A DNA stretch of 64,000 nt. It comes from Lama glama. Its lineage: Eukaryota. The stretch covers positions 23,932,001 to 23,996,000 of the forward strand of contig CM052824.1 of the NCBI GenBank assembly GCA_028534125.1. Reading direction: 5' to 3'. This document shows, in pieces, positions 24,101-35,380 of this stretch. How positions within the stretch are numbered: position 1 is the stretch's first letter; each line of letters begins with the position of its first letter. Both the position numbers and the translations under genes were made by a program. A model generated the notes under the pieces. It was not told where the DNA came from. It did no database searches and worked only from the letters and a program-made list of their open reading frames with translations.

Positions 24101-25260
24101 GAGTAATCTCAATTTGGTAGCAATTTCTGAAGCACTTATCAATGACAAGTGTTTATTCCTTCTGAATCTGAAAGGTAGAAAACTGAGTTTTGGCAGAAAA
24201 ATAGAACTTCCAACTCCAAATGGTACTGGAGAAGGCCTGACCTTTCTAAACTTAACAGATATGTTTGTATTATGGTCTGTCTTCAGATTATAAAACCTTA
24301 TGGTGAAGAAATATTACAGTGTATTGACTGACTTCTTAATATTCCAGAAGGCTAAGCAGCACAGGAATAGATAGATGAGGACCTTGTTCAACCAGGGCAT
24401 GTATTAACTTCACATTTATGGACATTCTCTTCCTGTTACCAGGACACAAGAGGGAATGTAGGTGAACAACATACCATTCCTGCTTTTAGCACTTCGAAAT
24501 TTTTATGAGGGATATGTAGATACTCAGTTGCAAGTGTAAAAGAAAAAAAAAAAAGGAAGTCATCTATACACTAAAGCTCAGATCCACTGCTTTAAAGAAA
24601 TCTGTTTCTGCTTCCTACACTGAGTGAGCAGATATTTCAACTGCCAAGAGCTTCCTGCACACTTTAGAAGCCTTGTTTCCCTCACCAAGTATTTCTGCAA
24701 GGCAGCACTGAGAGGGACTGAATTTTCAGGGGGAGAGTTCACTGGGGCTTTCAAGTAAGTACCACTCCCTGCTTGTGTGCCCCAAATATGCTGAGCCTTT
24801 TGCAGGAGGGAGAAGGAGCAAAATGCTTCCTGCCCTCAGTCACAGAGAACCAAGTAAGACCGGGCTACTTGTAGTATGAATTCGGTTTAGAATGTACTTT
24901 CTAATTTCAGTGTGTTACCAATTGGTTTGGAAGATATTTATCTCTAGAATAAACATGTCTGGTTTCTGTGGAAGGCATCTGTGAAAGGCTTGAGAATACA
25001 AATTTTTAGCCTTGAGGTTCCATTTTGGGATATCCTATGAGAAATAGAATTATTAGTTTTTACAAGTCATTCAACTGTCTTGGCCTACCATGTACTTTAG
25101 GGTTTAAAAAGTTTGAACATGCTAAGCTACAAAGACCACTACATAATAGAGACTATACATAAATATGTTATATACACCTTAGTTCTATAAATTAAGAAAA
25201 TATTTAAATACAAAGCTTTGGTTTAAAGGGACACTGAGGTCATCTTATTTGATAGTAACC
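21110..25260. repeat. Local segmental duplication copy A (ERVL pro fragment, L2 remnant, segment X, Y, Z)
   Basis: Collinear with 35340-39178 and, more diverged, 45330-49260; e.g. GGCTCTGAGTTTTG...TTACAGGTGGCTTTT and GTACCTGGCAA...GGAAGAGGAA.CTGGCTCCTCTTTAG. Confidence 0.9.
21210..21560 (-). mobile_element. L2 3' remnant; paralogous copies start at ~31920, ~33075, ~35438 and ~45470
   Basis: CCTACTATGTGCC...CTTGCCACCAAGAAGTTT...TGGGTGGTCAG...TTCACT...CATTCCAGGCAG follows antisense L2 3' end. Confidence 0.6.
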
Positions 25261-25569
25261 TATGGTCCCAGGGTTAATCACTGAATGTTAATGGGACCAG
25301 AATAGTATCATGCTAGGAAAACAAGACCATAAACAGCCATCAGGGATTTGGCTACTGACTGGGATGTCTAGAGAACAGTCCATGCAAAATTTCTGATATG
25401 TAAGGCCAGTTAATGTATACTCTTCTCATATATCCTTCCAATTTGCCACAGTAAGAGATAGCCTTTGGCACAAGATGCTCCCACTGTTATCTTTTGTTCA
25501 CCTACCAAAAGTGAACATTATACCAGCCAGTTGGTAAGTGATCCAATTCCAAAATCCAGTCTTGGACAC

Positions 25570-25870
25570 TGCTTTCTTGTCCCACTCCTCCTAGTCGTGT
25601 TCCCTGGATCCCAAGAAAAATATAAGGAAGCTCAGATTTACAGGATAGCTCTGAGCAAGTCTCAGCTAGAGCACTGTGGGTTTCTAGGGCAAAAAATTAC
25701 CTATAGAAGATTCTCCTTGAGCAAGAAAGACCCAGACTTAATAACAAGTCATGCTTAGTCATTGGCTCTGAGCACCTGAGAATGTGGTCTTCATACAAAT
25801 GCTTCAAGAAAAAAAAAATGTGAAGATGTGTTGATTGGAGGGTATAACTATCCTCCTTATAGGACCTTCT
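25570..25870 (-). mobile_element. ERVL-class LTR (LTR16-like), paralogue of 50760-51160
   Basis: 45-nt exact match 25717-25761 to 51011-51055 within an LTR16-like layout. Confidence 0.65.
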
Positions 25871-26309
25871 TAATGTTTATGCTGCTAGAGTCAAATATTC
25901 CTGTCTTCAACCACGGAAAATCTACTAAGTAAGGGGGAACACGATATTGTTCTAAATTAATCATTGGATAATTCAAGAAACATTTGAGAGACTTATCTAA
26001 TAGAAGATTCTGTTCAGAAAGAACTTGTATACTAAAGAAATGCAATCACGTGGTAGCCTTTTAAGTTCAATCAAAGGGACTAGAAGAACCATGATTTTAG
26101 AAACAAGACATGCCATAATGTCACCTAACCACTGATCATCGTCCATAAGAACTAGCCAGGGATGTCAGACTCCAATTATCATAATCTGAGAATGAGGGAA
26201 TTTATAGATCTTGATATCTTCCCAATTAAAGATACCAACAAAAGCCGCATTCCAGCACTCTAACTAGCAAATTTGGCAACTTGTATTTCTAGTCCTTGCA
26301 CCTTTTGGG

Positions 26310-27510
26310 CTCAGCTTGATAGGAGAGTAGGTTGGCTCACCCCCTTGAAATTGTGCCAAGTCTTGCTGTTGGAAACATCGACATAATTCAGAACTGGTAA
26401 CTTGATGTTGAGGTTACCATGACTAGAAAATAAGAGACAGGGATGAGAAGTGACCAGGCTCACCTATTTCCTAGATGGCATTCGTTTTCCCAACTGTTTT
26501 GGTGGGAGTGCAAACTTGTTTTCGTACTTTTTCCAGTGGCATTAACCTGGTCTGGGTAGAGGAGGTTGGGATGAAAGAGGAAACAGAAGATGAAGAACCT
26601 TGAGTAATTAGTCTAACTTTAAAAGTTACGCTTGCAGACTTTTGATTATATGTCACAATAAATTAGAAGTGGCTGGAAAAATTGTTAAAGGCACAACCAA
26701 GGGTGATCAGTATGATCGCATGCAGACAGAGGTTTTGGATGATACTATCTGACACCAACAGAGACCACCTGCCTTTGCCAATGCTTGGGAAAGACTTGTC
26801 ATTGAATTGTCCTTCCAAGTCCTGGGGGGTCAGAATCAGCAAGGAAGCATGACAGAAGAGAAGGGCAATCATGTTTCTAGTTCAATGTGTGGATTTAGAA
26901 GCATCAAGCAAGTAATCTAACAAGCAGTTACCGGTTACTTCAGGAGAATGAATTCTAAATAGCAGCTGGAGACCTATCAGGGATTTACTTGTCCATTCGG
27001 AGACGTCAGTATGTGGGGTGTGGAGCCAGGCAAAGTTGGGGTGGCTACGGTCATCATCTCCTACAGCATGGTTCTAATTCCCTATGAGGTTTCTATAGAC
27101 AGGAGGTGCCCCTGGGGATCCTTGTGGAGCCAGCTTAACTCAAGTGTGATGAATCCATGGCTTGACCCATTTTTAAGATCACTGAGGAATGGGTCACTAC
27201 TAGCACCTCAAAGTCTGGTTCAGCAAGGATGGAGCTGGGTTCCGGATGCTTATTTTTCCAAGATTTCAACAGGAACATCTGTGGGAAACATCAGCCCGCT
27301 AGAAGCACACTTACGTAAAGAAGTTAGAGTAGCTCCCAATGATGGTATGTACCTGTCAGTGTCGTTCCTTGATTCTAGTTCTCTCGGGGTCTCTTAAATC
27401 ATTTCTAAAACCTAGAAAGGGGCTCCCATATAACATTTCATTGGGGGCTTAACTGGAGCTTGCTTTTTAAGGGCCACCCTCACCCGAAGCAGGGAACCTA
27501 GGAAGTATTT
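26310..27510 (-). mobile_element. env: Class I ERV fragment (integrase C-terminus and env 5' part), paralogue of 53830-55060 and 60480-61725
   Basis: Collinear with both other copies; minus-strand reading gives EILPRF|LLRVRVA (IN) and the env signal region MIALLFCHASLL. Confidence 0.85.
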
Positions 27511-27682
27511 CTTATTTTTTTTTTTAATTAATGGAAAACTAAGTTTAATGTAACTTTCTGAAAAGAAATGAAATAACGGCATTTAAAATTAAAGAAAATG
27601 TATAGTTTTGAAAGTGTTACATTTAAAAAAATATATAGCAACTGAGTTTTATTTATTTATTTTTATTTGATTTCATGTGTTC

Positions 27683-27898
27683 TTTTTTTTTTTAACATTT
27701 TGATTTATAATCATTTTACAATGTTGTGTCAAATTCCAGTGTTCAGCACAATTTTTCAGTCATTCATGGACATATACACACTCATTGTCACATTTTTTTC
27801 TCTGAGTTATCATAACATTTTGTGTATATTTCCCTGTGCTATACAGTGTAATCTTGTTTATCTATTCTACAATTTTGAAATCCCAGTCTATCCCTTCC
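27683..27898 (-). mobile_element. Young camelid-type L1 3' end running into the gap
   Basis: T-run followed by antisense L1 3'UTR highly similar to 5511-5720. Confidence 0.9.
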
Positions 27899-28398
27899 NN
27901 NNNNNNNNNNNNNNNNNNNNNNNNNNNNNNNNNNNNNNNNNNNNNNNNNNNNNNNNNNNNNNNNNNNNNNNNNNNNNNNNNNNNNNNNNNNNNNNNNNNN
28001 NNNNNNNNNNNNNNNNNNNNNNNNNNNNNNNNNNNNNNNNNNNNNNNNNNNNNNNNNNNNNNNNNNNNNNNNNNNNNNNNNNNNNNNNNNNNNNNNNNNN
28101 NNNNNNNNNNNNNNNNNNNNNNNNNNNNNNNNNNNNNNNNNNNNNNNNNNNNNNNNNNNNNNNNNNNNNNNNNNNNNNNNNNNNNNNNNNNNNNNNNNNN
28201 NNNNNNNNNNNNNNNNNNNNNNNNNNNNNNNNNNNNNNNNNNNNNNNNNNNNNNNNNNNNNNNNNNNNNNNNNNNNNNNNNNNNNNNNNNNNNNNNNNNN
28301 NNNNNNNNNNNNNNNNNNNNNNNNNNNNNNNNNNNNNNNNNNNNNNNNNNNNNNNNNNNNNNNNNNNNNNNNNNNNNNNNNNNNNNNNNNNNNNNNNN
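27899..28398. other. Assembly gap (500 N)
   Basis: Exactly 500 N; the round number suggests a placeholder of unknown true size. Confidence 0.99.
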
Positions 28399-28639
28399 AC
28401 AAGAAATTTGAGACTGAGGTTGAACAATGATTCTGATCTTTAAAGGATTTATTTATTAGTTTAAAATCACAAGCGGTGACAACAAAAGAGACCACAGGCT
28501 GGTCACTAACTCCCTTGAACTGCTTTCATAATTTGGAGGGGATGTTAAGGGAGGGGATAAAAATGGGGTGACATCGTACCACAGACTGGCCCTTTGCCCT
28601 CTCCTGCTTCCTCCCACTCCATTCGACAGGCATAGATCC

Positions 28640-28850
28640 CCAGACAGCCTCAGCCATCCACTAGGGAAGCTCTAGAGCTAGAATGCACTTCCAGACCTGT
28701 TCTGAAAGGTATGACCATGTAAATTCATTCTCTTGCCATGTAAGTTGCTCACTGGATAAGACGTGTGACCTGAGGCACATGCAGCTGAAGCAAGGCCTGA
28801 AGGGGCTGACGAAGGCTGCCTATGCCACGCCCAGAAGTAACAAGCCCTTC
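28640..28850 (-). mobile_element. ERVL-class LTR fragment (LTR33-like)
   Basis: GCCTCAGCCATCCAC..GGGAAGCTCTAGAGCTAGAATG...GTGTGACCTGAGGC...GCAGCTGA...CCTGAAGGGGCTGAC matches recalled antisense LTR33. Confidence 0.7.
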
Positions 28851-29869
28851 GTGGAAGGACTTTGCATTGTATCAGTGGCCACCATACGATGCGTGCAGTT
28901 TGTTCCACTGAAGGCCCCATGGCCTTGCTGCTAGGGCATGGTAAAAGTTCTGTCTGGAAGGGAAGTCTACAAATGAAGTAGGCAAAAGTGGGATTCTCAT
29001 ACTTCTAGGGCCTTTTTATAAATTAGCTGGCAGGTTAGAAAAACTGGCAGATAGTTCTAACCTAGATCAACATGGTGTACAATATGTAGAAAGGCTTTGC
29101 ATTGCTTCATGTGTACCAGCTGATCTTAAATCTATAGCTTCCCAGCCATGGCTCATCCAGGATGGGTCCAAAGCCTAAGAGCTGTTTTTGAGGCTGGGTG
29201 TGGTTACCGATGGCAATGGATTGTATGTTTCTGGAAACAATCTGGCTGAATTTTGCCCCCATGGCCAGAAAATCCTCACTGAAGAATGTAAATCTTTCAT
29301 ATTGTTACTGGATAGAATAAAATACTACTAGGCTATCTGTCTACAATCCCGTTTCTCAAAGACAAATGATCAGACTTTGTATTCCAAACTGTGGTTACTT
29401 AATCTGAGTTCTCCCACAGGAGCAGAGCCTGACAAGGATTGAAAGCCACTGCAGTAGATCACATGAAGGGAAGAAACCCCAATGTAAAAGTACACATTGA
29501 GCTCGCAACACAGCACACTTTAACTTCTGCTCTCCCCCTGTCTGAGTTTCAGAGGCTATGCACTGAGATTTCCCGGAGCCTCAGCTGAGACACTTTACTT
29601 TTCAAACTATAAAATCATGCTGTTGCCTAGAAAACAAGGTCACGAACAGCATCCTCTTATTTCACATGTCACTTTACTTGGTATTTCCACTCAACCACTT
29701 TAAGATCAGTGTCTCTAATGCAAGGCTTCACATTTTCAGATCTGTCAGAAGATGCACACTAGTCCTCGGATAAATTCAAATCACTGTGACCCTATCATTT
29801 CTTTTCTCTATCTGAAACTAATGAAATCTACCAAGCCTAAAGCCATGGACACTGATGAAAACTTAGAAG

Positions 29870-30900
29870 GTGGGAAACACTGTGTTACATTCCAAGGAAT
29901 AAGACTGATAATTGTGCACTTTGCTTGAAGTCACCTTGCATTCCTCTTTAACATGAGAAGAGCTGGTACTCTTGAAGCTTCTCTGTATGAAATACAGAAT
30001 ATAAAATGTCTGGAAGATTCAATACCCATCACTGACTTTGGATTAGCAGCAAGTGAATCTGATTCAGGGCAGAACAGGATATTGTGACAAGGACATCATT
30101 TGCTTCCAGTCCCTTTGCAAATAGGTCACAGGTTGTATCTAGGGGTTCACGCTGATCCCAGGTGTCACTGTTGACTTCTCTCCAATAACTGAGAGCATAC
30201 ACCTTTGTACTCAAATATGGGTTTGTGTATCTGGACAATCAGCCCCCCATTTTGATTGCCATAATAGGTTATGCTGGTCACTGTGGGGGGCATGCGGTTC
30301 TGAGTTCATTTCAGGATATTGTAAAATACCTTGAATTTACATATTTCTCTGTCCCTTTTTTTCCCTTTGAAAGGACTAAATTGGCTTGAAACAGTGGTAG
30401 GAAGGTGTATAAAACTATTTTTGGAGAGAAATTGGGTATTTAATCCATCTAAGGACTAGACAGTGAAACATGTCTCCTCAACAAACTGAAAATACTGCAA
30501 GAAATGGGGGTATTTTTCTAAACCTTAGTATTCATATCAGTTTGTGGACACCAGGTCCTGAAAGTAGCAGATGCCGAGATGGGTTTAAAGGAACAGAGAT
30601 CTTGAGGAATACTTGTGTGAAAGGAAATAATGGAAGAGGGCTGGGAGGACCATTAGTCTGATGTAGGTGAGACCCCAGTGAAGAAAGGAAAGTTTGCACA
30701 GAAGCATCCAAGACCACATTTCCCAACGTTCCTTGAACTGTGCGGCTGTTTGGGAGTGCTTGAATTGTCCCTGTCAACCCGGAAAGGGTCTACCTTAGTA
30801 TTCCAGTTGTCCTTGGGGCGCAGCCCTTGGGAGGTGTGGCCGTGGTATCCATGTAGAGAGGATTTCAAAGAACAGGAAAGGCAGATATGTAATAACTAGT
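29870..30900. repeat. Local duplication, paralogue of ~41050-42030
   Basis: Shared CACTGACTTTGG.TTAG.AGCA, AAATTGGCTTGAAA, AAACATGTCT...CAACAAACTGAA and GACCCCAGTGAAGAAA...GAAGCATCCAAGACCAC. Confidence 0.85.
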
Positions 30901-31050
30901 CATGCTTAATCACTGACTGTGAGAAGCATGGGGAGAGTGGCTTTGATATGAATGCTTCAAGGGACCTAGAGGTGTGGCCACTGGAGGTTATAACTATCCT
31001 CCTCACAGGACCTTCTCTTGACGAGTCTGCCACCAGAGTCAAGTATTCCT
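30545..31050 (-). mobile_element. ERVL-class LTR(s) (LTR16-like)
   Basis: GGTCCTG...AGCAGATGCCGAGATGGG...ACTTGTGTGAAAGGAAA...GACCCCAGTGAAG layout. Confidence 0.6.
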
Positions 31051-31199
31051 ATGTCTTCAGCTGTGGAACCCATAACACAGGGGAGCCTGATGAGATTGTT
31101 CTTAATTAGGTGTTGGGTAAATCAAGAATATTTGAGAGCCTAGTCTAGTAATATAGGGACAGTCTCTTCAGAAATTACAATATTTACCCAAAAGGAATG

Positions 31200-34075
31200 A
31201 AACCATGTGGTTCCCAAGTAAGCCTCATGAAAGAGACTAGAAGAATCTCTATTCCAAAATCATAACATGCCATAATTTTATTTGATCAGCAGAGGTTATC
31301 CTCCAAAACTGGCCGTGGATATCTGGCTTCCTATTCTAGGAACTTATGATCCCTGTTCAAAGAGAGTAGGGTTAGCATTGCATCTTTGCCTCTGTGGAAC
31401 ATTCCTAGAGAGGTAAACTTTCCAATACATAGCTCAGTTGACTGTTCATTGTGATTATCTAGACATGGTAGTTGACAGAGCTTCTGAGATCAGTTCCTAT
31501 ACCATGAACCCAGACCACCTCTTGGTCTGGTATCATCATAATCCCAGGATAAGGAGTTTACAGATCTTGACATTATTCCTGATGAAAGATGTCAACAGAA
31601 AACTTTCTTCCAGCATCAGTTAAGGTTCTAGTCAATAAGATGAATGAAAGGGATCAAAAAAAGTTGGAGAAGCTTGAATGTAGGAATGGTACCAGACTGC
31701 ATTATTGTAACAAAGTGCTTGGTCATTGGTAGGGCCTTACTGTTGTTTCCTTAGCCTGTGGGTAATCAAGGAGATGACCAAATGAAAGTTCCTCAAACTT
31801 GGCCTTAAATGGTCAAGACAGAAATATAAATATCGCATCCTGGAAGGAATTGGCAACAATAAGTTGTTAGATCTAATTTTCAGGTCCTGTTGTATCAGGC
31901 GAGGAGTCAGTCGATGGGTGCCTACTATGTTTCACACATTATTGTGAGTCCTACGAATTTTTGAAGTTATGCAGTGAATGCAGGAGACATAACCCTACCA
32001 TCAAGCATATTTTAGACAGAACTTAAGCTCTCTTGTCAGAAAGTGTTACACTGCAAATGGAGTGGGATAAATGGAGTTGAGCATGCCACTGTGCAATAAT
32101 AAAAATTTTAAATGGGCAGTGAGTGTTGAACTCACTGAAAGGACTCTGACCCAAAACTAAGAGGGAGTAAGCTTAGGTATAAAAAGGCAAACACAAACCA
32201 GATCTGCCTGCATCTTCCTTACCAGAAAGAACAACTCCCAGAGAACCCCAGAAGATGAGAAGTCGGAATTGTTACCATCAGTTTTTGTTCTTTAGTGAGA
32301 CCTGTTACCGTGGCTGTTCAATCTCTTATGTAACATATCAACAGCTGATGTAGATAGATAGTTGCTTTCTGACCCAAGTTTTCTAGTTATCTGCTTTAGT
32401 GGGCAAAATGGATGTGTGTTAGCCATGCATTTGGAAAAATGTAGCTACCTTGAGTCTGGAGCCCAAAGGAAACTAGGTACTGAATGGTTCCACTTGCCAT
32501 TTATTCACTGATTAAATGTTTGAGATTCTGATTTGTGAAGCTGGCTAGCAAATGCTTTCCTACTTCAAACTTTTATTAAGCATACAGGAAAATATGAAAT
32601 CCATTTTTGAATTAAGTGCTTTTTCTCTTTTCTGTGGTGACACTTTGGGGGATTCTGATCCACTGAGATGGAATCTGGCCTCTTTCTGCTTCAATTACCT
32701 TTTTTTTTTTTCTATCCAACATCTGAGGGAACATGTTTCTATACTCAAGGTAGGGATTGTAAAGCCAGATAATTAATGCATTCTTGACTTCCACAATGGA
32801 ATGTGCAGGTCACTCTGTCCATGAGCCGTAGATCAGCTTCATCTCATATGAAGTGTCTTGAATTTAGATGGCTATCTAACTTCAGTTTATCCATTGATGG
32901 GCCAGATTGGCTTGAAAGGCCCTAGCCTGTGGGTTGGGTGAGAACTATCATAATGAAGACCAAAATGGACAACACTAAAACTCGACATTTGGCCAAGATA
33001 AAAAAATCAAATACTGCAACATGGAAGGAAGTAGTTAGACCTAACTGACTTAATCTTCACCTTCTGTATCAGTGGGTGCCTATGTGTCAGATACCACTGA
33101 GTCCTGGTGACATTCAATGGACTCAAAAGAAATTGCTGAAATCAAGAAGTTTCATGTATACTGAAAATAAAGTCTCTAGTCCATTAGGGCCTATAAATGG
33201 AACAGGATAAGGTGGGTGGGGGTGTCAACCATGCCAGCATGCAAGGATCTAACTTTTAAAATGCTTGTTCAGGATTGAATTTTGAGGAGATTTTGACCCA
33301 AAACTAGGAGAAGAGGGAATAAAGACATAGCTTTGTGAAGGAGACAGAAAAGAGACAGATCTGCTGGCATCTTTCTGAGAGGGAAGCAGATCAATTTCCA
33401 AGAGACTCCCAGAAGATGGGAGGCAGAAGGGAGTTATCCATCATCTAATTGATACTTGTCATCATGGTTGGGAAACTTTTAATACAATATAGAGCTGAAT
33501 TTTCAGCAGTTTGGAATTAGTCACTTTCTGACCGAAGCTAATCATTTGATTTACTAGAAAAAAATGAATATACTTCTGTCATCTTTCCATTTGAGAAATC
33601 AAGCTACCCCTGAGGCTGGCGAGTAGAGGAAACAAGCCACTCGGGATCCATTGGCCATTCCTCCTCAACCAGACAATCTTTCAGATCCTGATGCTAGCAA
33701 ACACTTTGCTACTTTTTCAATTAAAAGTATAAATAGAAAATCAGGCAAATACACTGTTCCTTGGTCTAAGTGCTCCTCTGCTCTGTAGGTCTCGTGGTCT
33801 GATGAGACAGATCATGGCCACTGCCTCCTTTACGCACGTACCTACCCTCTCAGCTAACCCAGGCTCTGAGTGTTGCTTTAACTGTCCTGATCACCTTGCT
33901 ATGACGGCCAAATGCTTAAAAGTCAAGTTACAGGCTTCTTTTACATCTGCATTAGAGAGAGCTCCACATTGCAGACAGAAAAGTATTAGATGAGCCTCTC
34001 TGTTCCAACTTAGTAAGATCTATACCCGTGTGAGAGATTAACAGCTTGTTGGCAGTTCTAAATAGGCAAACCAAT
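31200..34075. repeat. Two short tandem partial copies of the ERVL-L2-X module (~31200-32870 and ~32890-34075)
   Basis: Both contain GACCCAAAACTA, AGATCTGC...CATCTT, TTTCTGACC.AAG and TAAGTGCT blocks shared with copies A, B and C. Confidence 0.8.
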
Positions 34076-34084
34076 CGGCTCATA

Positions 34085-35380
34085 ATGACCCCAGAGACTA
34101 GAAGAATCATGATTCTAGAGTCAAGATTGATTGATTCTAAGAGTTCACAATCCCTATTTATCAGGAGTGGAATTAACACTACATCTTGCTTCTGGAATAT
34201 TCCTGCAGAGGTAAAGTTTATCAATAGAATAAATCAGTTGACTGATCATTGTGATTATTTGGATTCTGGCTGACAGTAAGTTCCTGGTACCACCTCACAT
34301 CATGAACCCAGATCATCCTCTTTGCCTTGCTATCTTCCTAATCATAGGAGAAGGAAGTTTACAGGTCTTTGGATTCTTGATGAAAAGAATTAACAGAAAA
34401 GACTCCTTCCTGCATCTCTTAGGGCTGGGTCTGCGAGATGAATAGAAATGGGACTAAAAATACAGAAGTGTGATGCTAGAATGTCAGGATGGAAACTCCA
34501 GCAGAAAGGCCCAGTGGACACTGTTTACTGAGCAATAAAGAATTGTTAACAATGAAATATTGTTGAGAGCTAGCATTATTGAGAAACTCATTGGTGACTC
34601 TTTGTAGGCCAAGGTTGACAATAGAGATGACATTACAAATCTGGAATTCTTTAAAGCAGTAGGGATGATACAATCCGGAATTAATAGCAACTAGGAGGCA
34701 GTGTAAAATCATCAAAAGAAAGTTTGGGACAATTATCATAATGAGACACAAGATCAGCAGGGTTGACCAGGGAGAGTTAAAATGGTTACTAGAACAAGGC
34801 ATCCCTAGGGGCAGGATAGACTGCTAAGAGTTACAGCTCAATCATTGCAACCGAAATAAACAAAAAATGGAGGGTGAGGCTGAGGGCAGCCTGTCATGAT
34901 CACCTGCCAAGTTTCCAGACCTGAGCATTTTCAGACCTAGAAACCAAGGATTGAAAGAACTACATCCCCAAGATGAAAACCATGTGACCCCATGGCAAGT
35001 ATACATGGTAATAACTTCCCATTTATTTCTCAAATGGCCTACCCTGTTCACTTGGGTGTCCTACACTTTGTATTCCTCTGACCCAAACATTTCATGACTG
35101 TTACACCTAGATTCTAAGACAACATTGATACCTGGAGATCCATAGCATGATATAGTCTTCCTGTTAGGGAGGTTGTGTATTGGCCAGATAATTAAGTCAC
35201 GACCCAAGCTCAGTGGCCACAGAACCACCCAGGGATAACTTCTCTACCAGAGTGCATACCTGGAATGAAGATATGTGGTCACTGGCACAATCCTACTGCT
35301 GTATTCTTACCTATAAGATAAGAACTATCATGAGTGGCCAAGATACAAAGTCAAATATTACATTCTGGAAGGAACTGGTG
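34085..35380 (+). mobile_element. gag: ERVL internal remnant (gag-protease)
   Basis: GGCCCAGTGGACACT...TGTAGGCCAAGGTTGACA...GGGATGAT...CAATTATCATAATG; TTCCAGACCTGAGCATTTTCAGACC; ACATTGATACCTGGAGATCC; collinear with HERVL/ERVL gag-pro. Confidence 0.8.

Noticed and set aside
27667-28495. Four long ORFs (179-258 aa)
   Set aside because: Artefacts of translating through the 500-N gap.
28930-29350. Possible RT remnant (VQYVERLCIAS resembling QYVDDLLIA)
   Set aside because: Single weak motif without collinear support.
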